Shown: positions 9,717-18,899, counted from the first letter of the whole stretch. The stretch is DNA of 61,442 nt, filler included, from 4 parts of 4 records of this genome joined end to end with filler, not necessarily neighbours in it; one strand, 5' to 3'. The notes: generated by a model not told the origin, from the sequence alone. Made by a program: numbers and translations.

Positions 9717-10544
9717 TCAGGCAATTCCGCTCGAAAAGGCATAGGCAACAACGACATGCGCCAGGATTGCCAGGATCAGGGCATAAGTTGGCGGTACATG
9801 CACAAACAGCCAGAGTTTCAGCAATCCGCCGTTGGCATACTGGAAATCAAGGTCGTTCTTGGCGCGCACCAGCTGGCGCATCCGTTCCAGACGCTCCTTG
9901 CCCTTGCCGTCCAGATACCGCTCGATCGACTGCAGCTCGCCCATGATCCGCGAAATCGGCAGGCTCGACTGACGCAGATGCGCGAACACATACCGCGGCC
10001 GCGCAAAGAACCGGCCGAGCTCCCGCTGGTAGACATTGGCAAGGCTGACGGAACTGCCGTCTTCCAACGACGCCAGCGCCAGAGTTTCCGCCTCGTCCGC
10101 TATTTGCGCGCGCAACACGGGAATGCGCTCGAACAGGACCCGGTCACCTCTGCCTTCCAGGCGCACGGGAACGACCCGGGCCAGAAAACCGCCGACACAG
10201 CCGCTTGCCGAAACCAACACGAACAGGATCCACAAGAGCCATTCCAGCGGCGCATTCGGAAACCGCAGATGCGTATGCACCAGAAAGACGCCGATGGTCA
10301 GGAACCCGAGGTAATAATGCACCTGCAACCAGTGGCGCACGCGCCCGAGCGGCAACGTGCTCAACTGCTTGCGAAACGTCAGCAGCAGCATGCCGGCCAT
10401 GACCGCCACCAGAACCCAACCGTTGAGGAACTGGCTGTCGCGCAACGAGATCCGGTAAGCCTGGTTTACGGTCATGAAAACCGCGAGCAAAACTGCGGCC
10501 GCGCCAAGCTTCAACAGGATGTTGCGATTGAGGAGCCAGCTCAT
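9717..10544 (-). CDS. Integral membrane protein, probable diheme-b (ferric-reductase-like) subunit
   Basis: Several TM helices and two H-x13-H pairs (HYYLGFLTIGVFLVH, HVPPTYALILAILAH). ATGA overlap with the upstream gene. Confidence 0.75.
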   Translation of the reverse strand: MSWLLNRNILLKLGAAAVLLAVFMTVNQAYRISLRDSQFLNGWVLVAVMAGMLLLTFRKQLSTLPLGRVRHWLQVHYYLGFLTIGVFLVHTHLRFPNAPLEWLLWILFVLVSASGCVGGFLARVVPVRLEGRGDRVLFERIPVLRAQIADEAETLALASLEDGSSVSLANVYQRELGRFFARPRYVFAHLRQSSLPISRIMGELQSIERYLDGKGKERLERMRQLVRAKNDLDFQYANGGLLKLWLFVHVPPTYALILAILAHVVVAYAFSSGIA

Positions 10545-12250
10545 TTCAGCCACTCCAGCAGTCTTTCGGTGTCGCGCATGTTGACGCGCGCAAGCGCGTC
10601 ATGCGGACAAGACTGGACACAGGCTGGGCCCGTCAACTGATCGGCGCACAGATCGCATTTGGTTGCCCGGCTGATGGGCTGCCCTTCGCGATCCGTCACG
10701 AACTGCCCGTTCTCGTCACGGATCTCGACCATCCGGATATTGCTGTACGGACAGGAATTGGCGCAGGTCGCACAGCCGATGCAGGTGTTGTCGTCAATGA
10801 CGACAGTCCCGCTGTCCTCGGCCCTGTGAATGGCGCCGGTTGGACAGCCGATCAGGCAAACCGGATCGGTGCAATGCATGCAGGCGCTCGCGATCATCGC
10901 GTTCTCGAACCGGCTCCCCTGCCGAACGAAGCGGGGGTTGTTGTCGTGGGCGGTCGCGCAGGCGCGCACGCAATCGTCACAGCCGACACAGCGCTCCAGG
11001 TTGATCAGCATGGCTTCTTCACCATTGATGAAACGGTGATCGACGAGGAAGTCCATCATGCCCTGGCGTAGTTCCCCGCGCGTGCCGTCACGATCATCCG
11101 GCCTGCCCTGCCGCAGGAAGGAAGGATCTAGCCCCGGCAATACATGTTTCTGGACCAGATGCGTCGGAATGCGGATGACGTCGACATAGCCGATGGCGCG
11201 CAGGCTCGTATCCAGAACCGGCGAAACCTTGTCCCGCGCAAACGCCGCAATCGCATCCAGTCCGAAAACGTCGTTTTTCGACAGATGGCCAATGGTCCTG
11301 TCGCCGTGATCGATCCGTTCGCTGACCCGGGCAAAGCCACTGTTGATCAGCAACAAACCGTCGACGTGACTGCCCTGTTCACAAATCACCGGCTCCTGCT
11401 GGATGATGTGCTGCGCCCCATCTTCCTTGGAAATTTCAGTCTTGAACCGATGGGTCCAGTTGAAATTGCCATAGGTTTCGAACAGGGCCTCTTCTGCGAT
11501 TTCCGCCAGCGCTGTGCTATCGACATGGGCAAAGACCGGGCATTCCTGCAAACGGGTCAGCAAACCGCGTTCATGGTAAAGCTGGTCGATCTGCTTGCGG
11601 AAGCCATCCGACCAGTCTCGAATTTCGCGCAGCCCCTGCCAGCGCAGCTCGAACAGGACAGTGTCGTCCTCAAGGGCATAGATGGTCGCGCGCCTTGGGC
11701 TTCGGGTCAGGGCGGCCAGCTCGCCGAACATCTGCGGGGCTTCCAGCAGGAAAGTCTCGTGCTTCGCAATCAGCTCGTCCGCGTCGACACGCAAGGCAGC
11801 TTCCACCGCATTTGCTCGTGTGCCTTCATTGACTGAAGCGGCCGCGGACGAAGGTCTGCGAGACCGCCGCCGCGCAGGGCGGTACTCTGGCGGACGCTTG
11901 CGCGCAAACAGTTGCGCAAGCGACCTGCGCCAGGATTTCTGTTGCTTGCGGCCCGAGCCGGCGGTCGGCGCAGACGCAGTCAGGCCGAACACGGATCCGG
12001 ACAGAATGATGAACAGCGAACTTCCATAGTCACCCTTGCGCAGGACAGTTTCGCCCTTTTGAAAGGTCCTGATCCGGCCATCATTCGCAATGACGCTTGC
12101 AACCGGCAGCCACGAGGGAAAGTCGGCCGGATTGACGTCGGCAAACGCCGGCAGGGCCAGGACACGGTCCACCGTCTCCCGGTCCAGCGGTTCCTTGCCG
12201 AATGGCTCGTCCCAGCGCCGGTTTCGCTCGTCGCGAAGCTCCTGATCCAA
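10541..12250 (-). CDS. Cyclic-nucleotide-binding domain(s) fused to a 4x[4Fe-4S] DmsB/NrfC-type ferredoxin
   Basis: FGELAALTRSPRRAT cNMP cassette. Cys groups CVGCDDCVRAC, CMHCTDPVCLIGCP, CIGCATCANSCP, CDLC...CVQSCP. TTG start with GGAG RBS. Confidence 0.85.
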   Translation of the reverse strand: MDQELRDERNRRWDEPFGKEPLDRETVDRVLALPAFADVNPADFPSWLPVASVIANDGRIRTFQKGETVLRKGDYGSSLFIILSGSVFGLTASAPTAGSGRKQQKSWRRSLAQLFARKRPPEYRPARRRSRRPSSAAASVNEGTRANAVEAALRVDADELIAKHETFLLEAPQMFGELAALTRSPRRATIYALEDDTVLFELRWQGLREIRDWSDGFRKQIDQLYHERGLLTRLQECPVFAHVDSTALAEIAEEALFETYGNFNWTHRFKTEISKEDGAQHIIQQEPVICEQGSHVDGLLLINSGFARVSERIDHGDRTIGHLSKNDVFGLDAIAAFARDKVSPVLDTSLRAIGYVDVIRIPTHLVQKHVLPGLDPSFLRQGRPDDRDGTRGELRQGMMDFLVDHRFINGEEAMLINLERCVGCDDCVRACATAHDNNPRFVRQGSRFENAMIASACMHCTDPVCLIGCPTGAIHRAEDSGTVVIDDNTCIGCATCANSCPYSNIRMVEIRDENGQFVTDREGQPISRATKCDLCADQLTGPACVQSCPHDALARVNMRDTERLLEWLK

Positions 12251-12262
12251 CAGTCCGGCTCC

Positions 12263-13282
12263 CTACTGCGTCACGGGTCCCTTGAACTTGTCGGCTCCCG
12301 GAATGTACTTGTCGACCGCGGCGAACGTCGTCCCGTCGTAGGTGTCGGCAAACTTGAGGCCGAGCACGGAGATCTTTGCCGCGGCATCGGTCAGCTCATC
12401 CTGGTTGTTCAGCTTGAGCTTGGCACCACTTGCGATTTCCTGGATCTCACCCAGTTCGGGCGCTTCGGGCAACAGCTTGGCAAGACTTGCCATGACCTTC
12501 GTGGCATTGCTTGCCCGTTTGGCCATCTTCACGGCGTAGTCCTTCTTCTCGGTCGCCTTGCTGACGCCGATCAGTGCCGTTTCCAGCTCGACGATACGCC
12601 CGACGAGGAACAGCATCCGCTTGCGTTCGATGGACGCTTCCGGGTTGGACTTGCCCTTGTTGTACCAGGTGTTGTGACGCACCTCGCCCTGGCTCCAGCT
12701 AACCAGTTCAAACGCACTGCCGGGCGTGTGACCGCCGACATTCACCAGTTCCTCGTTCGGCACCAGGTGACAGCTGAAACAGTTTTTCGCCAGTGCGTAG
12801 GTCATCTTGGGCCGGATCATGCCGGCTGCTTCGGCCTTTTCCCAGCGTGCCGCTATTTCCGCCTCGGTTTCCTGACCTTCCTTCTTGCCGCTGAAATCCG
12901 AGTGCACCTTGTACCATTCCTTGGCAGGACCATGGCAGGACTCGCAGGAATTGCCGGCAATCGCCTTTTCCTTGCCGTCCACCGTCTGCATGGTGAAATG
13001 ACAGTTGGTGCAGAGACTTTCCGCCTTAAGTCGCTTCACGCCCATGTTGGCGGCGATCTTTTCGGCATCCTCGCTCTTGGGCAGATCCCTGAAGGTGCTG
13101 AAGTGATGCGTGTTCTGCCAGATCGAGGTTTCCTTCTTGTGGCATTCCGCACATTCGTTCGGTCCGACAATCATGCTCGGGTCGGCCTGAGCCGGGGCAA
13201 GTCCGGCCAGCACGAGATATCCGACAGCGCACACGGCAAGGCAGGACGCCGCCTGGCGCAAGCCCTTCAGTAATCCAGCCAT
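12263..13282 (-). CDS. Periplasmic tetraheme cytochrome c (c554-like)
   Basis: Signal peptide ending AQA-D; CAECH, CTNCH, CESCH, CFSCH; GAGGGA RBS before ATG 13282. Confidence 0.85.
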   Translation of the reverse strand: MAGLLKGLRQAASCLAVCAVGYLVLAGLAPAQADPSMIVGPNECAECHKKETSIWQNTHHFSTFRDLPKSEDAEKIAANMGVKRLKAESLCTNCHFTMQTVDGKEKAIAGNSCESCHGPAKEWYKVHSDFSGKKEGQETEAEIAARWEKAEAAGMIRPKMTYALAKNCFSCHLVPNEELVNVGGHTPGSAFELVSWSQGEVRHNTWYNKGKSNPEASIERKRMLFLVGRIVELETALIGVSKATEKKDYAVKMAKRASNATKVMASLAKLLPEAPELGEIQEIASGAKLKLNNQDELTDAAAKISVLGLKFADTYDGTTFAAVDKYIPGADKFKGPVTQ

Positions 13283-13334
13283 ATCCAATCCCTCAATCCT
13301 TTGATCCAAAAATGATGGACACCCTCTCGCGTCG

Positions 13335-14609
13335 TCAGGCATCCAGAATGACATTGCCTCCCGGGCAAGCGATACACATGAGCACGGACCCTTGCGCCGG
13401 GCTGCTGGCGGGCCGCGTGACATAGGTCACGTCGCCTTCCTTGAGCGCTGTCGCGCAGGTTCCGCAGTTGCCCGCCCGGCAGCCGGAAGCGACCCGGATG
13501 CCGTTGCGTTCGGCCAGATCCAGCAGCGTTCCGTCCTGCTCGTGCCAGGAAACCTTCTTGCCGGAGCGCGAAAATTCCACCTGCACGCTTTCAGCCGCCT
13601 CCCGTGAACCTGCCGGCGATTTGACGGTTTTGACGGACGCAGGCCCGAATGCCTCGAAGTGGATATCGCTGTCCGGTACGCCCCAATCCCGCAGCTGCTC
13701 CGTCAACGAAGACATCATCTGCGGAGGGCCGCAAACATAGAACTCGTAGTTGGAAGACGTCAGATACCGCTTCAGGACATCAACTGTCAGGAAGCCCGGG
13801 CAATCGTAATCCCGTCCCTCAACGCAAGCATCAGTTGGTGCGCTGTAGAGCACGCGGTAATGGACGTTGTTCCGCCGTTCGGCGATCTCCCGGATTTCGT
13901 CGCACAGCACAATGTCATCGCCGCTACGCGCGGCGTGGAAGAAATGCACTTCGCGGTGGCTGCCGGCATCGTCAAGCGCCTTCAGCATGGACAGCACCGG
14001 CGTCAGGCCGACACCACCACCAATCAGGACAACCGGCCGTTCCGATTGCAGGTCCAATACGAAACCTCCCTTGGGAGCTTGCACATCGACGACATCGCCT
14101 TCCTTGAGGCTGGCATGGAAATAGGTCGAGGATAGCCCGCCGGGTACGGTTTCACCGGCATCCGGCGGTGGTGACAGTCTCTTGATCGTGACCCGGTACC
14201 GGTCCAGACGGGAGGGACTGTCGGACAGGGAATAGCACCGGATAACTGGTGCGGGCTGATCTGAAATCGGCAGTTCGAACGTCAGGAACTGGCCCGGCAG
14301 AAACGGTGGAAGCTCGCCTCCGTCATGCGGCTGAAGATAGAACGAGCAGATATCGCCGCATTTGTTTTCGACACGCTTTTCGACAATCCGGAACTTGCGT
14401 TTGCCGGCCCAGGTCGTTCCGGACTTGAGCCTGTCGACTTCCGCATTGCGCAGGGCTGCCTGTGCCAGATCGTTGAAATGCTGCAGGTGCCTGGCATCCA
14501 GGCGTCTTTCGCGAAAGACGGTGGCCACAGACGAATAAACACCGAGGCAGAGCTGAAACAGGGCGAGCGCAACAATCGTACCACCGCCGATTTGCAGTGC
14601 CAGGATCAT
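13335..14609 (-). CDS. FAD/NAD(P)-binding oxidoreductase with C-terminal [2Fe-2S] domain and N-terminal membrane anchor
   Basis: RCYSLS, GGLSS, GGGVGLTP, YVCGP, HFEAF; GCRAGNCGTC...C ferredoxin motif; hydrophobic first ~30 residues. Confidence 0.9.
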   Translation of the reverse strand: MILALQIGGGTIVALALFQLCLGVYSSVATVFRERRLDARHLQHFNDLAQAALRNAEVDRLKSGTTWAGKRKFRIVEKRVENKCGDICSFYLQPHDGGELPPFLPGQFLTFELPISDQPAPVIRCYSLSDSPSRLDRYRVTIKRLSPPPDAGETVPGGLSSTYFHASLKEGDVVDVQAPKGGFVLDLQSERPVVLIGGGVGLTPVLSMLKALDDAGSHREVHFFHAARSGDDIVLCDEIREIAERRNNVHYRVLYSAPTDACVEGRDYDCPGFLTVDVLKRYLTSSNYEFYVCGPPQMMSSLTEQLRDWGVPDSDIHFEAFGPASVKTVKSPAGSREAAESVQVEFSRSGKKVSWHEQDGTLLDLAERNGIRVASGCRAGNCGTCATALKEGDVTYVTRPASSPAQGSVLMCIACPGGNVILDA

Positions 14610-14652
14610 GGGCAGGCCGCCTTTCCGACCAGAAATGAGCCGATGTTTCTCA

Positions 14653-16170
14653 TCAGAACCTCGTTCTCAGTTCCATTCGCAGTCCCGTTCCCGCCTTCCG
14701 GTCCTGTCCGGCGGAAACAAACCCGTCGACCTGAATGCTGCTCCTGTTGTTGAGGGCATGCAAGAGTTGGCCGCCGAATGCGACCACACCGGCGTCGCTG
14801 CCGTCGGTATCCTTGCGTCCACCGAGTTCCATAACAAGCTGTGTCTTGTCCTCGTTGAAGAACATCTGGTGGCCGATAGATCCACCAAAGACGCTGTCTG
14901 CCCGGTTGGAAAGTGCAGACCCGCCCAGACCAACAGCCGGAGCGGCAAACAGGATGCCAACCTGCCCCAGAGGACCACCCGTGAGGCTGTCGCGGGCAGC
15001 GGAGGTGTAGTTGCCGATAGCCCAGAAGGCGTTGGCATAGACGACGTTTTCAGACGCCGTCACGGTGCGCGAAACTTCCGAAAACATCAGCACGCCGTTG
15101 TCGACAGCAGGGCCGCGCTTTTCGATCGCGGTCGAGGTGTTGATCCGAAACGCCGTATTGTAAAGCCCGAACCGCTGTACGGCAGACGCCCCGAAATAGA
15201 AGCCGTCTCCCCCCTCGTCCTCATCGCTGATGACATAGGCGAGATCCAGATTGGCCGTGCTCTTGCGGAAATCAGCCTCGGTGAACAGGCCGAGAAGGAA
15301 GGCACTGTCGTCGAGTTCATTGTCGCCGCGGCGGATATTGTTCCATCCGAAAACACCGGTTGCCCTCAGATCCGGCGTCAGGCCGGGAATGACGATCGTG
15401 TCGCGCGTGATGCCGAGCGCGTCGACACTGTCGTTGATCATCATGCCTTCCTGAAAGAACAGGGGCTGACGGCCGATGGAAAATCCGAAGTCGAAATTGC
15501 GGTTGTCGTCCGGATCGAGGTTCGGGAAAATCTCGCCGAACTCCCCCTCGAAGAAAAGCGTCGTCACATAGGGATTGAGCCCGTTGACATATTCAACGCC
15601 GCCTTCATCCGTATAGAGAATGCCCGTGTTCCGGCGTTTTTCCGTCAAGGGCGAAAACCCGATGAGGATCCGCTCGGTGGGTGTCAGTTTCAGATTGGCA
15701 AAGATGTCGATACGGCTCGCCCAGAACTGGCGCGGATCGTCAACGCCGTTGGCATAGTGGCCAATTGCGGTGCGCGCGTCGCCGAAAACCCAAAGCGCCG
15801 GTTGCCAGATCGCCCCGGTCGGCAATTCGATGCCGGGCGCAAGATTTCCGCTGGCGAGGAATTTCTCGCCGCGCTGGAAGATCGGCGGCGTCGGTTCGGG
15901 CTCCTCATCTTCCGCTATGATCGGAACTGCATCGGTGCTCAATTCGCTTGAATGGTGGTCACCGGCAATCAGGGGTGCAGGCCCGCTGTTTTCTTCCTGA
16001 TGCTTGCGGACTTCCGCTTCCGTGACCATGGGAATGGGGTCGTCGCTCAAGGCACTGCCCGCTGCCAAGACCTGCCCGCCGGCCTGCAGAAGAAGCGTAG
16101 CCGAAGCCACCGTCGTGATTGCCCACGCACTGCACCGCCGTCCCCGAGTTCTGCTTGCCTGATACCTCAT
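14653..16170 (-). CDS. Probable outer-membrane beta-barrel (porin-like) protein
   Basis: Signal peptide, alternating-hydrophobic beta-strand patterns and C-terminal ...GLRMELRTRF with terminal Phe. ATGA overlap with the upstream cytochrome. Confidence 0.7.
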   Translation of the reverse strand: MRYQASRTRGRRCSAWAITTVASATLLLQAGGQVLAAGSALSDDPIPMVTEAEVRKHQEENSGPAPLIAGDHHSSELSTDAVPIIAEDEEPEPTPPIFQRGEKFLASGNLAPGIELPTGAIWQPALWVFGDARTAIGHYANGVDDPRQFWASRIDIFANLKLTPTERILIGFSPLTEKRRNTGILYTDEGGVEYVNGLNPYVTTLFFEGEFGEIFPNLDPDDNRNFDFGFSIGRQPLFFQEGMMINDSVDALGITRDTIVIPGLTPDLRATGVFGWNNIRRGDNELDDSAFLLGLFTEADFRKSTANLDLAYVISDEDEGGDGFYFGASAVQRFGLYNTAFRINTSTAIEKRGPAVDNGVLMFSEVSRTVTASENVVYANAFWAIGNYTSAARDSLTGGPLGQVGILFAAPAVGLGGSALSNRADSVFGGSIGHQMFFNEDKTQLVMELGGRKDTDGSDAGVVAFGGQLLHALNNRSSIQVDGFVSAGQDRKAGTGLRMELRTRF

Positions 16171-18482
16171 TTGAGCACGACACTCGCCTTGCGCGTCCAA
16201 AGCACGGAGCTGCCCTGCACCACCTTGCGCGCGATGCCGGCCGGGCTCATGCCGTAGTCGAAGCCCGCTCCCTGAATGGCCGCGATCAGGTTGACCGGCA
16301 CCATCTGTGAAATCAGCTTCACCGAGATGGAATAGCGTTCACCCGGCTTCAGGTTTTCGGCGGGCACGGCATAGGTCGCGGTGCGGCTCGCCCCCGGTTC
16401 CAGGTTCTGCTTGTGCTTTCTGGCCCCGCGCGGCCGTCCGTAGATGGTGGTTGCCCGGCGTTCCGGCCGAACGAGCGGCAGAACGTCCGTCGAAGTGTTC
16501 ACCGCCAGCACCTGTTCGCGTTCACCGCCACGCAGCAGCCGGACCACGAACTTGGATTGCAGGCTGAACAGGTCCTTGTCGAGCTTCAGCTCGCCATTGT
16601 GAACGTAAAGCGAGTGGGCATCGCGAACGTCGCCATTGGGGTCCCTGTCACCGGACACATAAACCGTGTTGCCCTTGCTGTCCTTGACCGTCACCTGAAG
16701 GAATATCAGACGTTCAGCGTCAAACCCGGTCGGCACACCGTGACCGTCCGTGCCGCTGCTGACATCGACGGAGAATTTGAGAGCCCGGCTAGTGTTGTCG
16801 ACAATGGTGATGTCGCTCAGCTTGAAGCCGTTGCGCAGCACCTGAAGCCGTGCCTGACGCGCCTTTTCCAGCCGCTCGAACTGGGTATCCAGGATCTCGC
16901 GGCCATCATAACGATCATCGATGGACGACCAGGCTTCGGGAAACTTGTAGCCGTCCTTGACGTTGTCCTCGAACTTGTCCGTTCCCCAACCGGCGCCGAC
17001 ATTGAACTGCAGCCATTCAGCCAGCGTCTTGAACTCCGCCGCCTCGACGTTGTGCGGGAAAATGCCCGGATGAATGATCGAGTAATCAGGGCCTGCAAAC
17101 ATGTGGTTGGTCAGTTTGCGGTTACGGGTCGGGACATCACCAACGATTGCTGCGGGGCCGTAGTCATAGCCGGAGGCAACGCCCTGAACCTTGCCCATAT
17201 GGCAGTCCTGGCAGGTCTCGCCTCTCTTGGCGGCCGGCGAGCGCTTGTATTCGGCAAAAGCCTCTTCCAGCTTGAAGCCGTTGAACAGCGTCACATCATG
17301 GCAGGTGCCGCAAAAGCCTGGCTTGGTGAGCGCGAAGAAAGGCTTCGCCTCGGTATGGATGCTGCGTCCCGGATCATCCTTGCTTTGGGAAACCCGGTAT
17401 TCCTCGGGCGTGTTCAGAACGCGCTTCAGCTCCTCGCCGCCCTTCGGGCCATAGACCGGCGAGAATACATCCCCCTCTTCCAGCGCGAACCGGCCACTGA
17501 TCTTGCCGTAGTTCCGGCTGACGCGGTGGCAGGCAACGCAGGTGATGCCCTCCCGTGAGGTCGGATTGCGCTTCAGGTTTGAGACATAGAGCGACTCGCC
17601 AATGTTCATGCCGACCGGGTTGTGACAGCGAATGCAGAAGTCGCCATTGGTCGCGCTGGTCTTCATGTTGATGGTGGTCTGCATCGCCATGTAGATCGGG
17701 CTCAGCTGCGCGTAAGCATGCTGAGACACGGACCATTGCTCATACTGGCCAGGGTGGCAGGTCGCGCAGGTGTTTGCGGAGGGATATTTGCTTTCCAGGA
17801 AGAGCTTTTCATGCTCCGCATTGGCTGTTCGCCGGATCGTTTCTTCTTTTTTCTTGCCTTCGACGGTTTCGGTCAGCCCGGTTCCGCCGCCACTCAGCAG
17901 GTCGTCATCATCGCCAACTGTCAGAAGGTCATCATCGGAAAGAAGATCGTCATCTCCTGCCAGAAGGTCGTCGCCGGAAACATCGGCCCCGTCGCCCGCA
18001 AGCAGATCATCACCTTCAAGCAAATCATCCCCGGCAAGCAGGTCATCGCCAGCCAGAAGATCATCTCCATCAGCCTTGGGATCATCACCTGCCAGCAGAT
18101 CGTCACCATCGGAAACAGAGGCGGCACCGGGTTCCTCTGCGGTCAGCAGATCATCGCTTCCGTCATCGGAAGGCAGCAGGTCGTCACTGCTGTCCGTCAG
18201 AATCGCCTCATCCGAAACCGCGTCTTCGGCGGGCGTCAGCAAGTCATCATTCTGTTCGGCTTGCGCCAGGATCAGGCGATCGCCGGCGCTCCTGCCGTTT
18301 TCGAGTTGGGATACGAAATCGACCAGCGCCCGCACATCGCCAGATTGGATAAGTTGCTGGTGATACTGCCGAAATTCGTCTGAAAAAGCGGCTGCGCGAT
18401 CAACACTGCCGGCGCCGGAAAGGATGAGTATTCCGAAAAGAGGCTTCAAAAACGGTCGAAAAAATTCCGATAAACGCGACAT
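16167..18482 (-). CDS. Exported pentaheme cytochrome c with N-terminal acidic DDLL repeats
   Basis: CATCH, CIRCH, CVACH, CGTCH, CQDCH; signal-peptide-like N-terminus. Start is ATG 18482 or TTG 18497. Confidence 0.85.
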   Translation of the reverse strand: MSRLSEFFRPFLKPLFGILILSGAGSVDRAAAFSDEFRQYHQQLIQSGDVRALVDFVSQLENGRSAGDRLILAQAEQNDDLLTPAEDAVSDEAILTDSSDDLLPSDDGSDDLLTAEEPGAASVSDGDDLLAGDDPKADGDDLLAGDDLLAGDDLLEGDDLLAGDGADVSGDDLLAGDDDLLSDDDLLTVGDDDDLLSGGGTGLTETVEGKKKEETIRRTANAEHEKLFLESKYPSANTCATCHPGQYEQWSVSQHAYAQLSPIYMAMQTTINMKTSATNGDFCIRCHNPVGMNIGESLYVSNLKRNPTSREGITCVACHRVSRNYGKISGRFALEEGDVFSPVYGPKGGEELKRVLNTPEEYRVSQSKDDPGRSIHTEAKPFFALTKPGFCGTCHDVTLFNGFKLEEAFAEYKRSPAAKRGETCQDCHMGKVQGVASGYDYGPAAIVGDVPTRNRKLTNHMFAGPDYSIIHPGIFPHNVEAAEFKTLAEWLQFNVGAGWGTDKFEDNVKDGYKFPEAWSSIDDRYDGREILDTQFERLEKARQARLQVLRNGFKLSDITIVDNTSRALKFSVDVSSGTDGHGVPTGFDAERLIFLQVTVKDSKGNTVYVSGDRDPNGDVRDAHSLYVHNGELKLDKDLFSLQSKFVVRLLRGGEREQVLAVNTSTDVLPLVRPERRATTIYGRPRGARKHKQNLEPGASRTATYAVPAENLKPGERYSISVKLISQMVPVNLIAAIQGAGFDYGMSPAGIARKVVQGSSVLWTRKASVVLK
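17895..18248 (-). repeat. Coding repeat: 12 copies of DDLL, including tandem GDDLL(A/E) hexapeptides
   Basis: Counted in the translation (e.g. GDDLLAGDDLLAGDDLLEGDDLLAG). Confidence 0.9.
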
Positions 18483-18869
18483 TCCAGATCCACACAAAAC
18501 ATGTTCTCAGGCCATCGCTTACACCGATCCCCCAACTCAAATTCACACTACGGAAACCTCAGGACAACATCAAAAGAAAACTGTTCACAAATTAGCCGCA
18601 TTTTCGCCTTGGTAAACTCGCGGCTAACCGCAGGAACAAACAGAGCAACGCACTGTCGCGTCGCTAACCGGTGCCTTCACATTCCGGGTAATGGCGTGAA
18701 TCAATTGCATTGCCGGCAGCATTCGCCCGGAAGGTCACAAAGTTGCTGCAACTGTGTTTCCGCTCGCAACAACACATTCTCGCAAAACAATGTTTGCGTC
18801 ACACCAGCACACAGACTGGATTACCTGCAGCGCAGCGAAATAGGACTATGAAGGTGGGAAGAAGGAAAG

Positions 18870-18899
18870 TGGCGGAGAGGAAGGGATTCGAACCCTCGA
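18870..18899 (-). tRNA. 3' end of tRNA-Ser (cut by contig end)
   Basis: Reverse complement TCGAGGGTTCGAATCCCTTCCTCTCCGCCA: T-arm, CTCTCC acceptor strand, G discriminator and CCA. Anticodon not visible. Confidence 0.8.

Noticed and set aside
17895-18248. Periodic DNA as a CRISPR or non-coding repeat array
   Set aside because: In-frame coding repeats with synonymous variation and no spacers. No CRISPR array or cas gene was seen in the window.
7072-18482. Naming the cluster mtrCAB/pioAB, nrfA, hao or dms
   Set aside because: No CxxCK, no octaheme HAO pattern, no molybdopterin subunit, and heme spacing and size do not fit MtrA. The decaheme count alone is insufficient.
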